Source of the DNA: a virus
Lineage: Duplodnaviria > Heunggongvirae > Uroviricota > Caudoviricetes
Direction: 5' to 3' (one strand)
IMG/VR virus record: IMGVR_UViG_3300033075_001761
DNA length: 64,000 nt
Part shown: piece by piece, positions 54,633 to 62,284 of the stretch
How positions within the stretch are numbered: the stretch's first letter is position 1
Layout: every line of letters begins with the position of its first letter
Made by a program: the position numbers and the translations under genes
The notes under the pieces: model-generated
Databases searched by the model: none
Told to the model about the DNA's origin: nothing
The model's input: only the letters and a program-made list of their open reading frames with translations

Positions 54633-55886
54633 TTATTTACACTTAACAGGAATTCTGATAGTCATTCCATGTTCTGGGTGGACAAGAAAAAGAGCCTGCT
54701 GTGGTTCTTCATAAGAGAAGTTCATACCCGCAGAAAATTCGTCAAAACCTTTACATGAGCCGTTTATTATCAATGAATTAGTCATAATTAGCTGGTGAAA
54801 ATGTCCTATCATCATTACATCAAAAGCTCTATGCAATGCTGATTGGCGTTTAAGTTTTTTGCTCATCCCAAGCATGATCGGAGTGAAGATCCCGGAGATC
54901 CCATTGCCGCCTTTAAATTGGTCTCCGTGAGTTAAAAGGAAAGTTGTATTGGCAACTTTAAAAGTGATGTCTGTGGATTCAGGTATATCAAAGGTGATTC
55001 TTTTGTCTGAAATAAATCTTTTGGCCAAAAGCTGATAAATAAGCCACTCATAGTTTTGCTGAACCCTGTATTTGAACCTAGGCTTTTTATGGATTCGGCC
55101 ATGGTTTCCTACAACGCATGGTACATAGACTTTTCCGAACACATCGGCTAACTCTCCGATGCCATCCCCAATGATTTGAACAGCACTTACGATTGTTTGA
55201 AGGATTGTGGCATCATTTGTTTCGGCCAATTCTTCATGGATGTTTCCAGAAACAATATCTCCGCCAAGAGCCAAAACAATCCCGTTATATTTAAATCCAG
55301 TCATTTTGATTTTAAGGATTTCAATAGTTCTGTTGAAACAGTTTTTAAGCCTCTGAACGCATATGTCGTGATTGTATTCGTTTACGTATTCAATATGTGC
55401 AGGTTCTACAACTTCGTCAAAATGGATGTCAGATAGGAACAGTACAGGTGTATTGGCATGGTTTCCTTTTCCATTTTTGTAATCGAGCCAATCTTTGTCG
55501 TTTTGGAAAGAAACAGATTTTGCTTCATGGATTAGATTTATAAGGCGTTCGTTTGTTGCTTGTTCATGGTGAGCTATTTCTAGTCTGGATTTTAAAGCCT
55601 GGATGTTTTGCCTAAGGACAACAATTTCTCTTTGGAATTTGTTTTCTTCTTGAAAAGAGATTTGTTCGTTCTTTGTAACCCCAGATCCGCCTTTTCTCAT
55701 ATCGATTTGTTCGCCAGATTCTATAGCTTTTTTAATTAGCCTATTTAGAGCTCTTTTCTTTAGCTTAAATTTTAAGCATATTGATTCTACGGTTGGGTAG
55801 TTCTTTTGATCTTTGTAAGCATCAAGAATTTGGGAAAGTTTATAATTCATTTTCATCTTCATCATCCTCCCCAGATATGGAAACAA
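54633..55886 (-). CDS. calcineurin-like metallophosphoesterase
   Basis: LSDIHFD, GGDIVSGN, VGNHG, LTHGDQ and GHFH binuclear-metal motifs. The start may be the internal ATG at 55847. Confidence 0.6.
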   Translation of the reverse strand: MFPYLGRMMKMKMNYKLSQILDAYKDQKNYPTVESICLKFKLKKRALNRLIKKAIESGEQIDMRKGGSGVTKNEQISFQEENKFQREIVVLRQNIQALKSRLEIAHHEQATNERLINLIHEAKSVSFQNDKDWLDYKNGKGNHANTPVLFLSDIHFDEVVEPAHIEYVNEYNHDICVQRLKNCFNRTIEILKIKMTGFKYNGIVLALGGDIVSGNIHEELAETNDATILQTIVSAVQIIGDGIGELADVFGKVYVPCVVGNHGRIHKKPRFKYRVQQNYEWLIYQLLAKRFISDKRITFDIPESTDITFKVANTTFLLTHGDQFKGGNGISGIFTPIMLGMSKKLKRQSALHRAFDVMMIGHFHQLIMTNSLIINGSCKGFDEFSAGMNFSYEEPQQALFLVHPEHGMTIRIPVKCK

Positions 55887-56157
55887 TTTTTTTGTTTTTT
55901 CGGACTTTAAGGATTTTGTCTTCAGAAATAAGACGACAGGCTACAAAGGAACCAAAATCAACAGATAACAACGGAGTTTTCCCGTCACAGTCTAAAACCT
56001 GAAATACGCTATGGGATTCATTCACAGAATATATGAGTGTAGAATATCCTTCTATTGAAACTTTCTTGGTTGTTTCAGGGTTGTAATTAAAAACGACTTC
56101 ATATGTTTTGAGAGCAGGAGTCTTTTTTTCCACATCGTCCTCCTTGTTTTGGGTCAA
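55840..56157 (-). CDS. hypothetical acidic protein (first gene of the minus-strand trio)
   Basis: 105-aa ORF. Confidence 0.4.
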   Translation of the reverse strand: MTQNKEDDVEKKTPALKTYEVVFNYNPETTKKVSIEGYSTLIYSVNESHSVFQVLDCDGKTPLLSVDFGSFVACRLISEDKILKVRKNKKIVSISGEDDEDENEL

Positions 56158-56222
56158 TTTTAAGATAAGGATGTGTTGGTAAAATAAGAGAAAGTCGGAA
56201 TAGAGTTTTATATGTCAAAACA

Positions 56223-56238
56223 GTCTAATCGATTGGAC
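56223..56238. repeat. 16-bp palindromic motif copy, GTCTAATCGATTGGAC (1 mismatch)
   Basis: In the divergent intergenic region, 7 nt upstream of the acetyltransferase ATG. Confidence 0.6.
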
Positions 56239-56244
56239 TAAATC

Positions 56245-56847
56245 ATGGTCAAAAAGATAGGGATTCTTGGAGCTGGAGCCTTTGCAAGAGAGATTTATTG
56301 TTATCTTGAACAGCATTTTTCAAAGTTCAGTATAGTTGAATACGTAGATATTAAATGTTTTTCAGAGATTGATTCTACTGTGTTTTATGGTCGAACACAT
56401 GATAAAGTCTCAAATGATATCGAATACGTATGTGGAGTGTCTGATCCGCTTCTTAAGCAGAAGTTTTATGATTTAGGACCTATGCTCCACGAACCAGTAT
56501 TGCTTTCTTCTTTTTGTGGAAGATGCGTAAAAGTCGGGTATGGGTCTATTGTTTGCCACGGGTCTATTCTAACAACCAATATTTCAATAGGAATAATGGC
56601 CACAATTAATCTTAATTGCACAGTTGGCCATGATGTTGTGATTGGGGATTTCTTTAATTCGGCTCCAGGTGTTAATATTTCTGGAAATGTAACCATAGGC
56701 AATCGAGTTTCAATAGGAACAAATGCTTGTATACGAGAAGGCGTTTGTATTTGCGATGATGTAACGATTGGAATGGGAGCGGTTGTTGTTAAAGACATTA
56801 CAGAGCCAGGAGTTTACATTGGAAATCCAGCAAGGAAAAAGATCTAA
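56245..56847 (+). CDS. NeuD/PglD-family sugar N-acetyltransferase (left-handed beta-helix)
   Basis: N-terminal IGILGAGAFAREI Rossmann-like region plus hexapeptide repeats (IGDFFNSAPGVNISGNVTIGNRVSIGTNACI). Confidence 0.6.
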   Translation: MVKKIGILGAGAFAREIYCYLEQHFSKFSIVEYVDIKCFSEIDSTVFYGRTHDKVSNDIEYVCGVSDPLLKQKFYDLGPMLHEPVLLSSFCGRCVKVGYGSIVCHGSILTTNISIGIMATINLNCTVGHDVVIGDFFNSAPGVNISGNVTIGNRVSIGTNACIREGVCICDDVTIGMGAVVVKDITEPGVYIGNPARKKI

Positions 56848-57877
56848 AATACCTTTCATAAAGCCAGATAGCCCTAGTTGGGATGTTTTTGAAAAGCATA
56901 TGATGGATTCTGTATCTGAAAATACATATAGCAATTTCGGACCAAACGAGAAAAAATTAAAAATAGAGCTTGATTCAATTGTAGGATATCCATGCATTCT
57001 TGTTTCTAATGCAACAATGGCTATTGAGGGAATGCATAATATTCTAAGCAGGTATTGTGACCATGCGTATGTTCCTGGATTTACATTTTTGGCAACCAAT
57101 TTATCTGCGCCAAGCAATGTGGAAGTAATGAAAACAGACTGTGAAGAGAATATTGGGTTTCATATTTTCCCAGAAGACATAAAACACAATAGCTATCTAA
57201 TGACCGTAGCTCCATTTGGAGCGAAGAAGCCGGAATGTTTTAGATCAGATGGAAAAGGACGTTTAAGGTATTGGATTGTAGACGCTGCTGCATCTCCTCT
57301 TTGCTATTTGAAAGATTGGCTTGAATCTGGAGCCGATGCCGTCATTGTATCTTTCCATGCAACAAAGATTCTTTCCGCATGTGAAGGAGGAGCCATCTTT
57401 TTTAGGAATTTACAGCTTAAAAGTGAATATGAAAAATATATAAATTTTGGGCTTTATTATTCCAATGGCGAAAAAAATGAAAGATTTACGCTAGGAAGAG
57501 GATCTAACCACAAAATGAGTGAGCTTAGTGCTTCTTGGTGTTTGGCAGGGCTGAATACAATTTACAAAAAAAGCTTGCATAGACGATTTGAGCAAATGGC
57601 CAAGTTTAAAAAAATTGCTATAGAATGCGGGAATAAATACATAGAATCTCCGTCTTCGTTTTGGATACAAACAAAAAATAAAGCATCAGAAGCGGCAGAA
57701 GAAATATTTAGAAAATATAATATAGAATGTAAAAGATACTATTACCCAATTTTAAACAGGTCAAAATCAGCATTTGTTTTGTCAGAGTATGGATTATGCC
57801 TTCCGTCTTACCCAATGAGCGATGAAGATTTTGAGTATGTTTTAGATAGTTTAAAAGAATATTTGAAAGGGATTTAA
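56768..57877 (+). CDS. second DegT-family sugar aminotransferase or dehydratase-like PLP enzyme
   Basis: IPFIKP family N-terminus, VDAAAS, and SFHATKILSACEGGAI (SFHxxKxxxxGEGG). The start may be TTG at 56818 (AGGAG SD) rather than the 80-nt overlapping ATG at 56768. Confidence 0.6.
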   Translation: MEWERLLLKTLQSQEFTLEIQQGKRSKIPFIKPDSPSWDVFEKHMMDSVSENTYSNFGPNEKKLKIELDSIVGYPCILVSNATMAIEGMHNILSRYCDHAYVPGFTFLATNLSAPSNVEVMKTDCEENIGFHIFPEDIKHNSYLMTVAPFGAKKPECFRSDGKGRLRYWIVDAAASPLCYLKDWLESGADAVIVSFHATKILSACEGGAIFFRNLQLKSEYEKYINFGLYYSNGEKNERFTLGRGSNHKMSELSASWCLAGLNTIYKKSLHRRFEQMAKFKKIAIECGNKYIESPSSFWIQTKNKASEAAEEIFRKYNIECKRYYYPILNRSKSAFVLSEYGLCLPSYPMSDEDFEYVLDSLKEYLKGI

Positions 57878-58782
57878 TGAAGCCTCTTCTTATATATGTG
57901 ACGTTCAATAGGATGGGAACAACTGTAAAAAGTTTGAACTCAATTCTTTCTGATAGCTCAGATTTTGAAATGATTATTGTTGACAATGATTCTAGAGATA
58001 AAACTAGAGAGTATTTAAAAACATTAAATGACGCTAGAATAAAAGAAATTAAATTATTTGATAGAAATTATGGAGCTGTTCAGGCTGCGAATTACGGAAT
58101 AAGCAAAAGAGAGCATGATCAAGATATAATTTTTATTGAAAACGATTGTAATGTTTTGACCAGAGATTTTGTCAATAAATTTCTTAAATCATCAGAAGTG
58201 TTTAATGCAGATCAGGTGCATGCAGGAATTATAGGTCTTCACGATGACAATTCTATATTTAATTGGAATGGAGAAAATGGATTTTTAGAAAGCTCTGTTT
58301 TTGGGCTTTGTTATTATATGAAATCTCATCTGTTAGATAGGGTCGGTTTTTATTGTGAGTCTGCAAACGGTGGGGACGTTGACCTAAACAATAGAATATC
58401 CAGAGGTATAGGATCAAGAATAGGCTATACAGCCGATGTAAAAGTAAAAGTGTTGCAACCAGATCAGGCTGATGGAGATGGAGGATGGAATTGCGCAGAT
58501 TGCCATAAAAACCAACCTGTATGCCAATTTTCACAAAAACAATGTCTGAATTTTTATCCATCCAAAGATGACAGATTGCATGGGTTATTTTGGAAGAACA
58601 GAAGAGATCATATGTATGAAATTATTAATAAGAGGATTGATTCAGGCAATCTTAAAGCGGGTTCGATTCATGTGACTGGAACTTTATCCGATATAGAATC
58701 TTCTGAAGCATTAGAAAATAGAGAATTTTTTGCGTCCTCTTACGAAGATTATTTAAAAAGAAATGGCCTAAATTTTCTATGA
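57877..58782 (+). CDS. GT-A fold glycosyltransferase, family 2-like
   Basis: LIYVTFNRMGTTVKSLNSIL...EMIIVDNDSRDKT is a GT2 N-terminal signature. DxD region follows later. Confidence 0.55.
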   Translation: MKPLLIYVTFNRMGTTVKSLNSILSDSSDFEMIIVDNDSRDKTREYLKTLNDARIKEIKLFDRNYGAVQAANYGISKREHDQDIIFIENDCNVLTRDFVNKFLKSSEVFNADQVHAGIIGLHDDNSIFNWNGENGFLESSVFGLCYYMKSHLLDRVGFYCESANGGDVDLNNRISRGIGSRIGYTADVKVKVLQPDQADGDGGWNCADCHKNQPVCQFSQKQCLNFYPSKDDRLHGLFWKNRRDHMYEIINKRIDSGNLKAGSIHVTGTLSDIESSEALENREFFASSYEDYLKRNGLNFL

Positions 58783-59225
58783 TATTAAAAATATGTGATT
58801 TAAAAAACATACTTGATTTAATATTTTTGTTTCAGGCAAGATCGCATTCTGAAGTTTCTAAGTATTTAAATGGGCCTCCTCCTGAGAGTTTCGATTCTCA
58901 TGTTTATTTTTTAGAAAAAACTCACCAAAAAGACAGAATTATTTATTTAATTGAAGTTGATGGTTTGAATGTTGGATATTGCCAGTTAAGAACAAGTGGA
59001 TACGATCAAGGAGAGGTTGGTTGGGTCATACATCCTGATTATCAGGGTAGAGGATTTGGAAACAAATCCATTGAACTACTTGTAACCAAGGCAAAAGATC
59101 TTGGGTTTGAATTTCCGCATCTTTATGTGAAGAGAGAAAATTCAAAAGCATTGTCCATGTATGAAAGATTTGGATTTGTTGAGAAATGGGACATTGATGG
59201 AAATGTAAAGATGATTTTACAATAA
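58779..59225 (+). CDS. GNAT-family N-acetyltransferase
   Basis: VGWVIHPDYQGRGFGNKSIELLV is the acetyl-CoA-binding motif A (Q/RxxGxG). Confidence 0.55.
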   Translation: MILKICDLKNILDLIFLFQARSHSEVSKYLNGPPPESFDSHVYFLEKTHQKDRIIYLIEVDGLNVGYCQLRTSGYDQGEVGWVIHPDYQGRGFGNKSIELLVTKAKDLGFEFPHLYVKRENSKALSMYERFGFVEKWDIDGNVKMILQ

Positions 59226-59237
59226 GGAGTCTGATAA

Positions 59238-60731
59238 ATGAGGATACTTTTTTTGTCAGATTTTGCTGATGATCCGCTTCTTAGGTGGAATGTTTATGAC
59301 ATGGTTAGTTATTTAAATTCTATTGGAGTGGCTTCAGAAAGTATAATTTATACTTTAGGAGTTGAAGCTTCTTTTTTTGATAAATTTGATGTTGTTATTT
59401 TTTATAGAACGAGTGCTAAAGCGTGTATTGATTTAATGCTAAGGCTTAAGAAAAATATAATGATTGGGTATCTTATAGATGATTTGATTTGGGTAGAAAA
59501 CAGAGTTTTAGGACCCGCACCAAAAACAAGAGTATTTGAAGAACAGATGGAAAATTCTGATTTTAATATATTCCCAAATAAATTATTGCAAAAATATGCT
59601 CCAAAAAAAGAGTTTGTCCTAAAGAGTCCTGGTGTTGGCTCAAAAATGTTAGAAGTTTTTAAATATATAAAACAAAAAGACAAAAATGTATTTAAGATTG
59701 CCTATACAAAAGGCCATGTAACTGGAGACTCAAAGGCTCATGTTAAGCGAGTTGTAGAGATGCTTTCTGAATATAAAGATATTGAACTTCATTGTTGGGC
59801 TAGAGACATTGAGTTTAATCACTTTTCAGGGGTCAAAGTAATTAATCATGGTTATAAAAGGCCGATAGAAGAGTTTTGGAAGTCGTTAATTGAAGTAAAT
59901 CCTCACATTGTTCTCAACCCTTTAGACGACGCTCCAGGGGATGATTTCAATAATTGTAAAAGTAATCCAAAGTATTTTGAGGCAGGGCTTTGCGAAAGTG
60001 TTCTTATAGCTCCAAGAATTAGAGTTTTTAATGAGTCTATAAAAGAAGGTATAAATGGTTTTTTTGCATCAACACCAGAGGAAACGGTTCAAAAGATTTT
60101 GTATCTTTATAAAAACAGAGATGAATTGATGTCTGTAGGTAAAAATGCAAAGAAAGATATTATTGAAAATTATATTTATGATGTTGTAGCAAAGGATTTT
60201 GTTAAAGACATTCAGGAAATACAAAAACAATTAAAAAAACCAACAAATAATAAAATTAATCAAAAATCATTTGTTCAGAGCTTGATAAGAGCAAATGATG
60301 TTGTAAATCATAAGCCTCAAGAAGGAGTTTGTTATTTAGAAGGTGTATCAACAGACATAACGACTCCTCCAATCAATCAGTTTAATTATTTTGAGCAATC
60401 AGAAGAGTTGTCAGGAAAACATATAAGTGGTTTTTGGATTAAGGGAGCCACTTTTATGAAAAGGCTTACAGGGCCTTTAAAGGTTGAAGTATTTAACAAG
60501 TCCAGGATGATTTATGTTGGGTTAATTGATCACAATAGCTTGATTGATAATAACTGGTGGCCAGTGCATTTTCAGGAAACAAAGCTTATAGGGCCTTCTG
60601 TTAGGATTCGTATTTATAATCAAAATCCATTTCCTGTAGCTTTGTATACAGCGAAGACTGAATCAGGTAAGGTTGCAAGTATAGGTAATGTTGCTGTAAA
60701 ACCAGCAGCAGTATGGTTTATCATTAAGTAA
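59238..60731 (+). CDS. putative GT-B glycosyltransferase (GT4-like C-terminal domain) with an additional C-terminal domain
   Basis: FNESIKEGINGFFASTPEETVQKILYLYKNRDEL fits the GT4 ...E.I.DG.NG.LV...D.E.LA.AI. consensus. Confidence 0.45.
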   Translation: MRILFLSDFADDPLLRWNVYDMVSYLNSIGVASESIIYTLGVEASFFDKFDVVIFYRTSAKACIDLMLRLKKNIMIGYLIDDLIWVENRVLGPAPKTRVFEEQMENSDFNIFPNKLLQKYAPKKEFVLKSPGVGSKMLEVFKYIKQKDKNVFKIAYTKGHVTGDSKAHVKRVVEMLSEYKDIELHCWARDIEFNHFSGVKVINHGYKRPIEEFWKSLIEVNPHIVLNPLDDAPGDDFNNCKSNPKYFEAGLCESVLIAPRIRVFNESIKEGINGFFASTPEETVQKILYLYKNRDELMSVGKNAKKDIIENYIYDVVAKDFVKDIQEIQKQLKKPTNNKINQKSFVQSLIRANDVVNHKPQEGVCYLEGVSTDITTPPINQFNYFEQSEELSGKHISGFWIKGATFMKRLTGPLKVEVFNKSRMIYVGLIDHNSLIDNNWWPVHFQETKLIGPSVRIRIYNQNPFPVALYTAKTESGKVASIGNVAVKPAAVWFIIK

Positions 60732-60747
60732 CTAATTTGTAGGTTTT

Positions 60748-61413
60748 ATGTCATTGTTCAAAGATCCAGAAGATCTAGCTACTAGGCTTAAGTCACAAGC
60801 TATTAAAAACAAAGCGCCAGTGTTTGTTCGTAAGTTAGTTTCTGCAAAGTGTTGGCCAGAAGTTTGCGAGAAGCTTTCCAACTCAGAAAACATTAAATCC
60901 ATTGCCGATTTTGTTCAGGTCACTGAGCTTACAGAGTATACGAGAGCTTCGTTTATTCGTCAGATGTATATGTTCTGTGAGTATTTTGAGAATGAATTTG
61001 GGAAGAATCAGACTCCAAATACATTTGAAGGTTTAGTGAATACAGTTGCCAGCAGGGTTGATCCAGTTGACGCTCTTTACTATTTGCTCAACATTCAGGC
61101 AGATCGGGTTCATGCATCGTATTTGGCAGAAAAGAAATCAAAGAAAATAGATGAGAAAATTACAAATAACATCAAGGTTTTTGTAGAGATCGTGAAGTCT
61201 ATTTCTACGGTTCAAAACGAGAAATCAAATTCTGACAAACAAAGCGGAGCCATTGATCCTGTAGAGCAGATGGAAAAGCAGAAGAAGATTTATGAAGAAA
61301 AGTTCGGAGAAGTTGGTGCCAAGATTTTGGCAAACCCAGACTCAAGAAAAAGAGTTCTTCATGTAGTAGAGATGATGACATCAAACGCAAATATCAAAAG
61401 TTCATCTAAGTGA
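60748..61413 (+). CDS. hypothetical protein
   Basis: 221-aa ORF. Confidence 0.45.
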   Translation: MSLFKDPEDLATRLKSQAIKNKAPVFVRKLVSAKCWPEVCEKLSNSENIKSIADFVQVTELTEYTRASFIRQMYMFCEYFENEFGKNQTPNTFEGLVNTVASRVDPVDALYYLLNIQADRVHASYLAEKKSKKIDEKITNNIKVFVEIVKSISTVQNEKSNSDKQSGAIDPVEQMEKQKKIYEEKFGEVGAKILANPDSRKRVLHVVEMMTSNANIKSSSK

Positions 61414-61422
61414 GATTTCATA

Positions 61423-61995
61423 ATGAGAAAGCAGCACGATCAGTATTTCACGCCAGCAGGTATGGTTAAGCATCTATCGAATGTAAAAGAGATAGATCTT
61501 TGTTCCAAATATATTTTGGAGCCATTTGTTGGCAGGGGAGATCTAATCCCTGGAATACAAGAAATGTTCCCGAGTTCGGAAATTAGGACAAATGATTTGC
61601 ATCCAACAGAAGAGTTTAATCCGTCTAATCGATTAGACGCCAGCACAAAAGAGTATTGGGACAATATAGAGTTTACTTCTGGAGTGATAACGAATCCTCC
61701 TTTTTCATTGGCCAATAAGATTATTCCATTGATGGTTGAGTCAAAGAATGTCCATGGATTTGTAGCGGCATTGCTTAGGCTGTCATTCTTAGAGCCAACA
61801 TTGGAAAGATGTGACTGGTTGCATGCAAATCCTCCAGACTATTTAATTTCGCTTCCAAGGATATCTTTTGACGGTAAAGGCACTGATACGGTTAATACAG
61901 CCTGGTTTGTTTGGCTAAAGAAGCCAAAAGAGTTTGGAAATATTATAATCATTCCAAAACAACCAAGGAGAAAGAAAAATGCTGACATCGCTTGA
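61423..61995 (+). CDS. small orphan N6-adenine DNA methyltransferase
   Basis: DQYFTP (motif X), EPFVGRGDLI (motif I, AdoMet binding) and GVITNPPF (motif IV, NPPF). No restriction partner is visible. Confidence 0.55.
   Translation: MRKQHDQYFTPAGMVKHLSNVKEIDLCSKYILEPFVGRGDLIPGIQEMFPSSEIRTNDLHPTEEFNPSNRLDASTKEYWDNIEFTSGVITNPPFSLANKIIPLMVESKNVHGFVAALLRLSFLEPTLERCDWLHANPPDYLISLPRISFDGKGTDTVNTAWFVWLKKPKEFGNIIIIPKQPRRKKNADIA
61623..61638. repeat. 16-bp palindromic motif copy, GTCTAATCGATTAGAC (perfect, CG centre, fully self-complementary)
   Basis: Inside the methyltransferase ORF (encodes PSNRLDA). Confidence 0.7.
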
Positions 61996-62284
61996 TGAAA
62001 GACTTAAGGGAGTTTTGGTTAATGCAAACTCTTGCTGCAATCCATTTGCAAGGATGCCTAAAGAATACAAAGAAGTTTTTCTTGAGGCGCTAACATTCTA
62101 TAATTTCTTTTTTGAACAAGAGGTAAAAAAAGAAGAAGAAAAAATCGTTATGGAAAAGCTTTTTGAGCTTTTAAAGATTGTTGGAAATCACAACAATACA
62201 GGAGCCAAAGGCGTTTATATTCAAAATCATTGGGAACAAGTTAAATCGTTGGCTCATGAGCTTGCGAGAGCAAGGATTGGTTAA
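61979..62284 (+). CDS. hypothetical protein (immediately upstream of the terminase)
   Basis: 101-aa ORF. Its stop overlaps the terminase ATG (TAATG). Confidence 0.4.
   Translation: MLTSLDERLKGVLVNANSCCNPFARMPKEYKEVFLEALTFYNFFFEQEVKKEEEKIVMEKLFELLKIVGNHNNTGAKGVYIQNHWEQVKSLAHELARARIG

Noticed and set aside
54633-55886. Polynucleotide kinase (P-loop) partner for the RNA ligase
   Set aside because: KGGSGVTK in the phosphoesterase N-terminus is not a true Walker A (GxxxxGK[ST]). I infer no kinase domain, so the module was called ligase + phosphoesterase only.
56768-56847. Programmed frameshift joining the acetyltransferase and the second DegT gene
   Set aside because: The 80-nt overlap is more simply explained by an internal TTG start (56818) with its own AGGAG SD. 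I saw no slippery heptamer.
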